In this document: in pieces, positions 55,003-64,000 of the stretch
Layout: the number at the start of each line of letters is the position of its first letter
Numbering within the stretch: the stretch's first letter is position 1
NCBI GenBank assembly: GCA_963813305.1
Contig: CAWEYP010000019.1
Coordinates: 20,082-84,081 of the forward strand
Reading direction: 5' to 3'
Source of the DNA: an uncultured Chloroflexia bacterium
Lineage (GTDB): Bacteria > Chloroflexota > Limnocylindria > Limnocylindrales > CSP1-4
DNA length: 64,000 nt
The notes under the pieces: model-generated
The model's database searches: none
What the model was told of the DNA's origin: nothing
The model's input: the letters and a program-made list of their open reading frames with translations, nothing else
Made by a program: the position numbers and the translations under genes

Positions 55003-55932
55003 TCAGGCGGCCGCGCCGCCCAGGCGGGCCGTCACGGCGGCAGCGGCCGCCCGGGTGCTCGTCACGATCTCGGCGACCCGTGCCGGCGTGACCCGGTAGG
55101 AGGGGCCCCAGACGCCGATGGAGGCGATCACCCGCCCGCGGGCGTCCACGACCGGGACCGCGATCCCGTTCGTGCCCTCGATCCACTCCGAGAAGGCCGT
55201 CGCGTAGCCGCGCCGGCGGACCTTCGCCAGCTCCTCCATGAGCCCCTCGAGGCCGGTGATCGTCCGCTCGGTGCGCGCCGTCAGCCCGGGCCGGGCGATC
55301 CGCATCACGTCGCGCTCGGCCATCGCCGCGAGGAGGACCTTCCCCGACGCGATGCAGTGGAGCGGCGTCGTCCGCCCCGTCCAGTCCGGGCACGCCACCA
55401 TGTTCGGGCCGTCGACCTGGGCGACCGTCAGGTACACGTCGCCCTCGAGGATGCCGAGGGTGACGGTCTCGCGGGTCGCCCGCGCGAGGCGCTCCAGCTC
55501 GGGCAGGGCGATCCCCTTGAGGTCGAGCGTGCGCTCGGCGCGCTCGGCGAGGCGGATCACGACGAGGCCGAGGCGATACTTGCCGGTCTCCTCGTCCTGC
55601 TCGACCAGGCCGCGCCGCTGGAGCGTCGCGAGCAGCCGCGACGCCGTGCTCTTGTGGAGCCCGAGACGCCGGGCCAGCTCGGTGACGCCCGCCTCCGCGG
55701 CGCACTCACCGAGGGCGAGCAGGAGCGCCGCGGCCCGGTCGACCGAGCGCACCGCGTTCCCGTCGAGAAGACGCCGGTCGGCCTCGCCGGCCGATGCTCG
55801 CGTCGTGGGTCGAGGCTCGGCCGGCGCCGCCGCCGGCGCCGTGCCGGGCATGGAGGGAACCCCGTTCGATCGGCGCCCGAGCGCCACGGCCGGAACCGAT
55901 GGCGCGCGCGGCGGGGTGATCTCGATGGCCAT
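55003..55932 (-). CDS. IclR family transcriptional regulator
   Basis: VRSVDRAAALL, GVTELARRLGLHKSTASRLLATL, YRLG, PLHCIASGKVLL, IAVPV. Confidence 0.92.
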   Translation of the reverse strand: MAIEITPPRAPSVPAVALGRRSNGVPSMPGTAPAAAPAEPRPTTRASAGEADRRLLDGNAVRSVDRAAALLLALGECAAEAGVTELARRLGLHKSTASRLLATLQRRGLVEQDEETGKYRLGLVVIRLAERAERTLDLKGIALPELERLARATRETVTLGILEGDVYLTVAQVDGPNMVACPDWTGRTTPLHCIASGKVLLAAMAERDVMRIARPGLTARTERTITGLEGLMEELAKVRRRGYATAFSEWIEGTNGIAVPVVDARGRVIASIGVWGPSYRVTPARVAEIVTSTRAAAAAVTARLGGAAA

Positions 55933-57336
55933 CAGCCGGCCGCCGGACCGACCGCCGCCTCGTAGGCGGCCTCGGTCTCGTGGGGGAGCGGCTTGCCCTG
56001 CGCTCGAAGCTCGAGCGCCGCGTGGAACGAGTCCGCGAAGATCGAGATGACCCGGTCGACGATGTCGCCCTGCGCGTGGGCCTCGCAGACGAACCATGGC
56101 TCGCGGCTGTCGGGCTCGGGCATCGCCCCGCGGGCGTGCATGCCGACCGCGATCGCGTCGTACAGCTCGTGGTCGGTGGTTGCCCAGTCCCGGTACTCGC
56201 TGGGGATCTTCTCGGTGAACATGATCCCGAACATCGAGGGATGCCCGGTGATCTGGTAGGCCAGGCCCTTCGCGTCGATCAGCCCCCGGATTCCGGCCTG
56301 GATCCGCTCGCCGGTTGCCCTGATCGTCTCGAGGACAGGTGTGTCGCGCAGGATCTCGAGGGTCTTCACGGCAGCCGCGGCGGCGACCCGGTTGCCGGCA
56401 TACGTCCCGCCGTGGCTGACCTTGGAGGGCAGCATCTCCATGACCTCCCGGCGTCCGCCGAACGCGGCCGCCGGGTAGCCGTTGCCCATCGCCTTGGCGT
56501 AGGTCGCGATGTCGGGCCGGATGCCGAAGTACTCCGCGGCACCGCCCAGCGCGAAGCGGAAGCCGGTCTTCACCTCGTCGAAGATCAGGAGGATCCCGAA
56601 CTCCTCGGTGAGCGCCCGCATGGCCTCGTGGAAGCCCGGCATCGGCATGATCCCCTGGGCGTTGCCCAGGACCGGCTCCACGATGATGGCGGCGATCTCG
56701 TGGCCCTGGCGCTCGAAGAGGCGGCGGAGCCGCTCGATGTTGTTGTAGCGGGCCGGGATGATCGTGTCGGCGACCGGCCCCGGGATGCCGCGACCCCAGG
56801 TCAGCCGGACCGGGTTGTCCGCGTCGCCGAGCTCGGACATGTCGTTCGGGGCAACCGAGATCAGGGCGTAGTCGTGGACGCCGTGGTACTGCCCCTCGAA
56901 CTTCACGATCTTGTCGCGCCCGGTATAGGCCCGCGCGATGCGCATGGCGTGCATCGTCGCCTCGGTGCCGGAGACGGTCATGCGCGCCATGTCGACCCAG
57001 CCGGTCAGCTCGCACAGGAGCTCCATCGCCCGGACCTCGTCCTCCGAGGTCAGCGAGAAGCTGACGCCGCGGCGCATCCGCTCGTTGACGTAGTCGTCGA
57101 CGCGATCGTCCGCCGTGCCCCAGGATGACCGGCCCGTACCCCATGCGCAGGTCGATGTACTCGTTGCCGTCGAGGTCCCAGACGCGGCCGCCCTTGCCGC
57201 GATCGATGTAGACGGTGTCCTCGCCCCAGGCACGGAAGTTGGAGTCGGTGCCGCCGGGCAGCGTCCGCATCGCCCGGTGGTACATCGCGGTCTGGACGTC
57301 GCGCTTCAGGCTGGGGGTGGCGGACTCTGGCGCCAT
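55932..57336 (-). CDS. Class III PLP aminotransferase (glutamate-1-semialdehyde aminomutase-like), frameshift near 57115
   Basis: DLDGNEYID, SGTEATM, KFEGQYHG, IIVEPV, FDEVKTGFR, AKAMGNGYP, HGGTYAGN. Confidence 0.9.
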
Positions 57337-57425
57337 GGTTCCTCCGCGGCTCGACCGTCCCGTCCTCCCCGACCATCGCCGCGGCGCACGGCGGATCGGC
57401 GCCGGGCGGCGCGGCGTGGTTGGGT

Positions 57426-57485
57426 GTTCCGGTGGACGGAACGGGTGATGTCCCGATGGTGCCACGCGCTCGTTGAGCCTGTCAA
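57426..57485 (-). promoter_or_regulatory. Sigma70-like promoter with palindromic operator (probable IclR site)
   Basis: TTGACA-18-CACCAT on the minus strand, followed by GTTCCG-N5-CGGAAC (57426-42). Confidence 0.6.
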
Positions 57486-57708
57486 CGATCTTCGCGCTCA
57501 TCTGGAGCCGCACGTGCGAATCACGCACGATTGGGGACGCTGTCGTGCGATCTACGAACGCGATGAACAGCGAGGCGGTGCACCGGGAGCCGGCGGAGGC
57601 TCGCGAGCCGGCGGGCTGCGGCGCCTGCCGGATCGCCGGCTCGGCGGTGAGTCGGCTGCCGGATCCGACGGGTGCCGCCCTCCGGGCTCGCCGCGTACAC
57701 TCGGCCCG

Positions 57709-58024
57709 ATGCCCGGCCTGTACTTGCCTTGCGATCGTCGGCGCGTTCGCCGGCGTCGCCCTGCTCGGATCGTCGCTTCCAGCTCGGCCTGGCGAGCCTC
57801 GCCCACGCTGGCGGCGATGGCGATCGTCGTCGAGACCGCCTTCCTGGCCTTCGACCTGCTCGGCGCCAGCCGTGGCTGGTTCGCCACCAACACCGACTGG
57901 GTCGTCGCCTACTGGCCGCCCGCGGATCCCGCCCGAGGAGCCGCTGCTTCTGGCCCTCATCACGGCGTGGGCGATCGCGCTCTACCGGCTGGCGGGCCGG
58001 TGGACCGGCGAGGATCCCTCGTGA
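57709..58024 (+). CDS. Lycopene cyclase domain protein (CrtYe/CrtYc-like), frameshifted
   Basis: MPGLYL...LDRRF...FLAFDLLG...IPPEEPLLL; small and hydrophobic. Confidence 0.7.
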
Positions 58025-58321
58025 TCCCCGGCTACACGGTGGCGGGGATCGCCTGGCTGGCGGGTGCGCTCCTGCTCGCCGGCGGCGGCGGGCATCCTGT
58101 GGCGGCGCAGCACCTGGCTGGCGTTCGGCGCGTTCTTCCTGTTCACGGTGCTCCTCGACGCCGTCTTGACCGGGCTCCCGATCGTGATCTACGGCAGCGC
58201 CCACGTCTCCGGGATCCGCCTCGGGACGACGCCGGTCGAGGACTACCTGTACGGGCAGGCGCTCTGCCTGACCGCCATCGCGGCCTACGAGATCGCCCGC
58301 CGGTGGTCGCGCGCCCGGTGA
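58021..58321 (+). CDS. Lycopene cyclase domain protein (CrtYf/CrtYd-like), frameshifted
   Basis: FTVLLDAVLT...IYG...SGIRLGTTPVEDYLY. Confidence 0.75.
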
Positions 58322-58482
58322 CCCGCTTGCGCGCGGTCCTCGCTGCCAGCCGGCCGTTCTCCTGGATCAACACTGGACTGCCGTTCCTGGCTGCCGTCCC
58401 TGGGACCACCGGCGTGCCGACCGGCGGCCCTGCACCTTCGGGCTCCGGCGCGCGCGGCGGGTCGGGCACAATCGCGCCGTGA
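58318..58482 (+). pseudogene. Truncated UbiA-family prenyltransferase (lycopene elongase CrtEb-like) N-terminus
   Basis: VTRLRAVLAASRPFSWINTGLPFLAA, then similarity is lost near 58400. Confidence 0.6.
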
Positions 58483-60626
58483 ACCCAGACCCACCCGTCT
58501 CCTCCCGGCTCGCGACCGGCACATCGGGCGCGACCGCGCGCGAGGGCCGGGCGCACGTCCTCACGGTCGTGGGTGGTGCGCTGAAGCTCGCGGCTCCGTT
58601 CCTCGAAGCCGATCCGACTCAGCTGCCCGGCCAGCTCACCGGCCGCTTGCTCGGCTCCACGGAGCCGGAGATTGCCCGCCTTCTCGAGGAGGTCCAGGAC
58701 CGCGCTCCGAGGCCGTGGCTCTGCCCGCTTACTCCGGCTCTCACGCCGGCGGGCGGTCCCCAGGAACGGATCCTGGCGGGAGGCCGGGTGCGGGCGGTGG
58801 CCGTCACACCCGACGGCACCCGCATCGTCTCGGGCAGCGAGGACGGAACGGTGCGGGTCTGGGACCTCGCCAGCGGCGAGCTCGAGCGCACGCTCGAGGG
58901 CCATGCCGGCCACGTGCTGGCGGTGGCGGTCACCCCGGACGGCACCCGAATCATCTCGGGTAGCGAGGACCGGACGGTGCGGGTCTGGGACCTCGCCAGC
59001 GGCGAGCTCGAGCGCACGCTCGAGGGCCACACCAGCGACGTGACCGCGGTGGCGGTAACGCCCGACGGCACCCGCATTCTGGCGGGCGGCGGCGACAGCC
59101 ACATGCGCGTCTGGGACCTCGCGACCGGCCAGCTGGAGCGCACGCTCGGCGGCTCCTCCGAATACGTGCTCGCCCTGGCGGTCACCCCCGACGGCACGTG
59201 CCTTGTCTCGGGCGACCGCTACCGCACGGTGCGGGTCTGGGATGTCGGGACCTATCCTCACGTCGAGCTCCCGGGCCACACCGGGTTCGTGACGGCGGTG
59301 GCGGTCACCCCCGACGGCACCCGGATCGTCTCGGGCAGCGAGGACCGCACCGTGCGGGTCTGGGACCTCGAGAGCGGGGCGCTCGAGCGCACGCTGCGAG
59401 GCCATGCCGCCTACGTACTGGCGGTGGCGGTCACGCCCGACGGCACCCGGATCGTCTCGGGCAGCGAGGACCGCACCGTGCGGGTCTGGGACCTCGCCAG
59501 CGGCGAGCTCGAGCGCACCTTCACGGGCCACGGCAGCGACGTCACCACGTTGGCGGTCGCCCCGGACGGCGCCCGCATCGTCTCGGGCAGCCGCGACGGG
59601 ACGGTGCGGGTCTGGGACCTCGCGAGCGACGCCCCCGAGCGCACGGTCGAGGGCCATGCCGAAACCGTGGACGCGGTGGCGGTCGCCCCGGACGGAGCCC
59701 GCATCGTCTCGGGCAGCCGCGACGGGACGGTGCGGATCTGGGGCCTCGCGAGCGACGCCCCCGAGCGCACGATCACCGGCTACACCGACTGGGGGGATCC
59801 GGTCTGGGTGAAGGCCGTGGCCATCTCCCCCGACGGCACGCGAATCGTCGCGGGCAACGACGACCGCAGTCCCTCGGGCGCACGCCCAGTGCGGGTCCTG
59901 GACCTCGCGGGCGGCGGACTCGGGCGCACGCTGGAGGGCCACCTCGACGAGGTGGAAGCCGTGGCCATCTCTCCCGACGGCCAGCAGATCGCCGTCGCGG
60001 GCAGCTACGGCACGCTGGGCGTCTGGGATCTTGCGAGCGGCCGCCGGCGGCGGATCCTCAAGGGCCACGCCGACACGGTGTTCGCGGTGGCGGTCACCCC
60101 GGACGGCACCCGCATCGTCTCGGGCGGCCGTGACCGGACGGTGCGCACCTGGGACCTTGCGAGCGGCCGACTGCGACGCACCCTGGAAGGGCATGCCGAC
60201 ACGGTGTTCGCGGTGGCGGTCACCCCGGACAGCACCCGCATCGTCTCGGGCGGCCGTGACCGGACGGTGCGCGTCTGGGGCCTAGCGAGCGGCGGACTCG
60301 AACGCACGCTCGAGGGCCACACCGGAGATGTCACCGCGGTGGCGGTCACCCCGGACGGCGCCCGGATCGTCTCGGTCAGCCTGGACCGGACGGTGCGGGC
60401 GTGGGACCTGGCGAGCGGCCAGGAGCTCGCGCGCTGGACCACCGAGCCGGGGGTCGGCGTGCATTCCTGTTGCACCGTCCCAACCGACGCCGCGCTCGTC
60501 GTGTACGGCGATTCGGCCGGCGGCGTGCACGTCCTGCGGCTGCTGGAGGATCGGCCGCCGGCCCGCCCCGCTCCGCCACCGGTCGTACCCACTCCCCACA
60601 AGCGGTTCGGCTTCCTCACGAGGTGA
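58479..60626 (+). CDS. WD40-repeat protein (about 14 repeats)
   Basis: 13 clear GH...AVTPDG..IVSGS.D.TVRVWD repeats plus one degenerate repeat. Confidence 0.93.
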   Translation: MNPDPPVSSRLATGTSGATAREGRAHVLTVVGGALKLAAPFLEADPTQLPGQLTGRLLGSTEPEIARLLEEVQDRAPRPWLCPLTPALTPAGGPQERILAGGRVRAVAVTPDGTRIVSGSEDGTVRVWDLASGELERTLEGHAGHVLAVAVTPDGTRIISGSEDRTVRVWDLASGELERTLEGHTSDVTAVAVTPDGTRILAGGGDSHMRVWDLATGQLERTLGGSSEYVLALAVTPDGTCLVSGDRYRTVRVWDVGTYPHVELPGHTGFVTAVAVTPDGTRIVSGSEDRTVRVWDLESGALERTLRGHAAYVLAVAVTPDGTRIVSGSEDRTVRVWDLASGELERTFTGHGSDVTTLAVAPDGARIVSGSRDGTVRVWDLASDAPERTVEGHAETVDAVAVAPDGARIVSGSRDGTVRIWGLASDAPERTITGYTDWGDPVWVKAVAISPDGTRIVAGNDDRSPSGARPVRVLDLAGGGLGRTLEGHLDEVEAVAISPDGQQIAVAGSYGTLGVWDLASGRRRRILKGHADTVFAVAVTPDGTRIVSGGRDRTVRTWDLASGRLRRTLEGHADTVFAVAVTPDSTRIVSGGRDRTVRVWGLASGGLERTLEGHTGDVTAVAVTPDGARIVSVSLDRTVRAWDLASGQELARWTTEPGVGVHSCCTVPTDAALVVYGDSAGGVHVLRLLEDRPPARPAPPPVVPTPHKRFGFLTR

Positions 60627-60645
60627 CGCCACCGCCGCACGGGCG

Positions 60646-61284
60646 TCAGGACGCGGAGCGATCCTCCCGCTGCGGGAGGCCGAGGAGCCGCCGGAGCGCC
60701 GCGGGCAGCAGCTCCGGGTCGACCGCGCCCGGCTCCAGGTAGTGCTGGAGGATCAGCCCGGAGCCGATCGCGGAGACCAGCGTCCCGAGCTCCTCCCCGG
60801 TGAACGGCGTCTCCAGCCCCTCCTCGACGAGCTTCGCCGCGACCAGCGGGCCGAGCTCCGCGCGCATCTGCCGGTAGTCCTGGGCGATGACCGAACGGAG
60901 CGCCGGGTCGCGCATGGCAGCCAGCCAGACCTCGATCGTCAGGACGTCCCAGGCCTCCTCGCGGGCCGCCTGCGACCGGAGCGTCTCCCCCATGCCATCG
61001 ATGAAGTCGGCCAGCGGCGTGCTGACGATCTGCTCTCGCTGGGCGTCGATGTTCGCGGAGAGGCTCCGTCGCTCGGCGAGGGCGAGGAAGAGCTCGGTCT
61101 TCGAGGCGAAGTTGGAGTAGACGGCGCCCTTCGTGTAGCCTGCGGCCTCGGCGACCGCCTCCAGGGAGGCGCCGTGGTAGCCGAGCCGGTTGAAGACCTC
61201 GGCCGCCGCGTCAAGGAGGCGTTCGCGAGTCTGGGCGCGACGCTCGTCGCGCGTGAGGCGCCCGGGCCGTTCGAGGGGGTCCAT
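60646..61284 (-). CDS. TetR family transcriptional regulator
   Basis: TRERLLDAAAEVF...ASLEAVAEAAGYTKGAVYSNFASK. ATG lies 6 nt after TATCCT. Confidence 0.92.
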   Translation of the reverse strand: MDPLERPGRLTRDERRAQTRERLLDAAAEVFNRLGYHGASLEAVAEAAGYTKGAVYSNFASKTELFLALAERRSLSANIDAQREQIVSTPLADFIDGMGETLRSQAAREEAWDVLTIEVWLAAMRDPALRSVIAQDYRQMRAELGPLVAAKLVEEGLETPFTGEELGTLVSAIGSGLILQHYLEPGAVDPELLPAALRRLLGLPQREDRSAS

Positions 61285-61292
61285 GCGGTGAG

Positions 61293-61362
61293 GATACCAC
61301 GCAGTATCAAGATCCTCGCGAGTCTTGACATACTCTACGGTATGTGCATACTCACCGGTATC
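61293..61362. promoter_or_regulatory. Three TetR-type operators overlapping divergent promoters
   Basis: GATAC-N6-GTATC (61293-308), CATAC-N6-GTATG (61329-44), CATAC-N6-GTATC (61347-62). TTGACA at 61325 and CATACT at 61347. Confidence 0.75.
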
Positions 61363-61406
61363 GACTCGATCCCCGAGCGCTCCGACAGCAGGGGGAACCA
61401 CCCGCG

Positions 61407-62414
61407 ATGCTTCTCGAGATCTCCGGCCTGACCAAGACCTACCGCAAGGGTGCCCGGGCCAACGCCGGCATCGACCTCTCGGTCGAGGCCGGCGAGGTGT
61501 ACGGCCTCCTCGGCCACAACGGCGCCGGCAAGACGACGCTCGTCAACCAGGTCGTCGGGCTTCTCCGCCCCGACGCCGGGACGATCGCGATCGACGGTCG
61601 CGACGTCGTCGCCGACCCGACCTACGCGCGCCGTGTCTGCTCCATCCAGCCGCAGGCCCAGGTCCCGCTCGACGGCCTCACGCCGCGCCAGGCGATCGAC
61701 CTCGTCGGGCGGATCCGCGGCGGCAGCCGCGCGCAGGTCCGCGAGCGGTCGGCCCACCTCGCCGAGGCGCTCGACATCGGCGAGTGGATGGACCAGGACG
61801 GCAAGAAGCTGTCGGGCGGCGTCAAGCGCCTCGTGTCGTTCGCCATGGCCGCCGTCGTCCCCGGCCGGCTGGTCGTCTTCGACGAGCCGACGAACGACGT
61901 CGACCCGGTCCGCCGCCGGCTCCTCTGGAGCCAGGTCCGGGCCGTCGGCGACGAGGGCGCGGCCGTCCTGCTCGTGACCCACAACGTCGTCGAGGCCGAG
62001 CGGGCCGTGGACCGGCTGGCGATCCTCGACCACGGCCTCGTGATCGAGACCGGAACGCCGGCGGAGCTCAAGGAACGGGTCGCGGACGACCTCCGGCTCG
62101 AGCTGGTCCTGGAGCCGGGCATGAGCGCGCCGGCGATGCCCGACTGCGTGGTCCGCTCGGTGGGCGCCGGCCAGCGCCTCGTGGCCACCGTTCACGCCGC
62201 CTCCGCCTCGGAGGCGGTGGGCTGGGCCGTCGACCTCAAGCGCTCGGGCGTCGTCGAGGAGTACCGCCTGGGGCCGGCGACGCTCGAGGACGTCTACGTC
62301 GAGCTCGTCGGACGTGCCGATGCGCTCGCCAACGGCAACGGCGGCGCGCCCGCCACGACGGCGACGACCGCGTCGATCACCGACAAGGAGGCCGTCGATG
62401 GCCGCGCTGCGTAG
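61407..62414 (+). CDS. ABC transporter ATP-binding protein
   Basis: GHNGAGKTT, LSGG, VFDEPT, VTH. Confidence 0.92.
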   Translation: MLLEISGLTKTYRKGARANAGIDLSVEAGEVYGLLGHNGAGKTTLVNQVVGLLRPDAGTIAIDGRDVVADPTYARRVCSIQPQAQVPLDGLTPRQAIDLVGRIRGGSRAQVRERSAHLAEALDIGEWMDQDGKKLSGGVKRLVSFAMAAVVPGRLVVFDEPTNDVDPVRRRLLWSQVRAVGDEGAAVLLVTHNVVEAERAVDRLAILDHGLVIETGTPAELKERVADDLRLELVLEPGMSAPAMPDCVVRSVGAGQRLVATVHAASASEAVGWAVDLKRSGVVEEYRLGPATLEDVYVELVGRADALANGNGGAPATTATTASITDKEAVDGRAA

Positions 62415-63132
62415 CTACCTGCTGCTCGTCAAGTGGCAGGCCCTCCGGTCCAAGAGCTTCCTGCCGTTCGCGATCATCATCCAGGGGCTCTTCTCGCTGG
62501 GCATCGTCGTCGGCTTCCCGCTCCTCTTCCCGCAGATGGACGACACGACGATCCTCTACCTCGCCACCGGCGCCCCGGCCATCACCCTGATCACGATGGG
62601 CCTCGTCGCCGTGCCCCAGATGGTGGCCCAGGCCAAGACCGAGGGGACGCTCGACTACATGCGGACGCTCCCGATCCCGCGGGTCGTCTACCTGCTGGCC
62701 GACCTGACGGTCCAGCTGGCGATCGTCCTGCCGGGCGTCGTCTTCGGCGTCGTCATCGCCACGCTCTGGTTCGACCTGCCGTTGCGGCCGAGCGGGCTCG
62801 TGATCCCGTCGGTCATCCTCGTCGTCCTGACCGCGACCGCCGTCGGCTACGGCCTCGCCGCGGTCCTCCCGCCGCTCATGGCCAACCTGATGAGCCAGGT
62901 CCTGGTGGTCCTGGTGTTCATGTTCAGCCCGCTCAACTTCCCGGCCGAGCGGATGCCGGACTGGCTGGCGACCCTGCACTCGGTGCTGCCGATCCAGGCG
63001 ATGGGCGAGGTCCTCCGCGGGTCCCTGGCGCCGCAGTCGTTCCCGCTCACGTGGGGTGCCTACGCGATGCTGGCGGTCTGGGCGGTGGCGGCCTTCGCCG
63101 TCACCTGGCGGATCCTCGCCCGCCGGGGCTGA
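62398..63132 (+). CDS. ABC-2 transporter permease
   Basis: About six TM helices; FSPLNFPAERMPDWL. Confidence 0.9.
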   Translation: MAALRSYLLLVKWQALRSKSFLPFAIIIQGLFSLGIVVGFPLLFPQMDDTTILYLATGAPAITLITMGLVAVPQMVAQAKTEGTLDYMRTLPIPRVVYLLADLTVQLAIVLPGVVFGVVIATLWFDLPLRPSGLVIPSVILVVLTATAVGYGLAAVLPPLMANLMSQVLVVLVFMFSPLNFPAERMPDWLATLHSVLPIQAMGEVLRGSLAPQSFPLTWGAYAMLAVWAVAAFAVTWRILARRG

Positions 63133-63171
63133 CGGACCGGTCCACCCGGGCGAGGTCGCGACGCGTCCCGG

Positions 63172-64000
63172 TCAGGACCGGAGCGCCAGGTCGAGGGCGA
63201 GCCCGATCGCGCCGACCAGCGGCGCCCGCTCGCCGAGGGTGCCGGTGACCACGCGCGGGGGCTGCGCGGCGAGCGTTGCGACGTGGGCGCGGACGGGCTC
63301 GAGAAGGGCGTGGATCGCGCCGACGCCGCCGGACAGGACGACGACCTCGGGATCGGTGATCGCGGCGATCGCCGCGATCCCCAGGGCAACGTACCGGGCC
63401 TCCTCGTCCAGGAGCCGGCGGGCGACCGCGTCCCCCGCGGCGGCAGCCTCGGCGACCGCGGCGAGCCCGGCCCCGGCCTCCAGCGACGTCTCCTCCCCGC
63501 CGCCGAGCGCCGCCTCGATCCGGGCCCGGACTGCCGGTCCGGCGACCGCCGCCTCGTACGCGCCGACCGCCCGGTGGCGCTCCGCCCAGGGGTCGGTGCC
63601 GAGCGGCAGGAAGGCGATCTCGCCGGCGCCGCCGTGGGCGCCCCGGAGCAGCCGGCCACCCGCCACGATCCCGCTGCCGATCCCCGTCCCGATCACGACC
63701 ACCGCGAAGTCCGCCACGCCGACCGCCGCTCCCGCCCGTCCCTCGCCGAGCGTGGCGCAGTTGGCGTCGTTCTCGAGGGCGACCGGCACGCCGAGTGCCC
63801 GCCCGAAGGCAGCGATGGCGTCGAGACCGCCGAGCCCGGGCACGTTGTGGAACGACCAGCTGGTGCCCGTCCGCGGGTCGACGGCGAGGGGAACCCCGAG
63901 CCCGGCGGCCCGCACGTTCGCGACGGCCGTGCCCGACCGCGCCGCGAGCGCCGCGAGCGCCCCCGCGACCTGGGCGACGATCTCGTCGCCGGACCCACGG
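63172..64000 (-). CDS. ROK family protein (5' end outside the window)
   Basis: VALENDANCATLGE, IGTGIGSG, GAHGGAGEI, VVLSGG. Confidence 0.9.
   Translation of the reverse strand, partial: RGSGDEIVAQVAGALAALAARSGTAVANVRAAGLGVPLAVDPRTGTSWSFHNVPGLGGLDAIAAFGRALGVPVALENDANCATLGEGRAGAAVGVADFAVVVIGTGIGSGIVAGGRLLRGAHGGAGEIAFLPLGTDPWAERHRAVGAYEAAVAGPAVRARIEAALGGGEETSLEAGAGLAAVAEAAAAGDAVARRLLDEEARYVALGIAAIAAITDPEVVVLSGGVGAIHALLEPVRAHVATLAAQPPRVVTGTLGERAPLVGAIGLALDLALRS

Noticed and set aside
55932-57336. Assigning the symbol hemL
   Set aside because: Family motifs match, but the IclR context and absence of hem genes argue against a confident assignment.
58780-60420. Near-identical periodic DNA repeats as a CRISPR array
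   Set aside because: They are in-frame WD40 coding repeats with no unique spacers and no cas genes.

Overview
Very GC-rich bacterial chromosomal window with about 55 genes. Gene content and style suggest Chloroflexota, possibly Limnocylindria; this is inference only. Many real genes are split by single-base frameshifts, most likely long-read indel errors, and most long ORFs in the track are antisense GC shadows. Housekeeping and metabolic genes include ppk2 (partial), a DEAD-box helicase, a PPi-signature PFK, a P-type ATPase, Sua5/TsaC, thyX, moaA, acs, MscS and several ABC/MFS transporters. Two loci stand out. (1) An operon at 18.8-31.0 kb encodes a PotABCD-like importer, five tandem non-pyrrolysine MttB-family methyltransferases and one corrinoid protein, probably for demethylating an unknown N-methylated amine or polyamine. 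(2) A module at 34.9-41.6 kb encodes a receiver/glutaredoxin-like/thioredoxin-reductase-like flavoprotein, a GNAT-cNMP-histidine kinase fusion and a class III cyclase-ATPase-TPR protein. Also seen: many leaderless-type -10 boxes including a symmetric bidirectional one, a candidate structured ncRNA beside a DnaA-box-like cluster, a C50-carotenoid operon remnant cut off by a WD40 gene, and several palindromic operators. No rRNA, tRNA, CRISPR array or transposase was seen.
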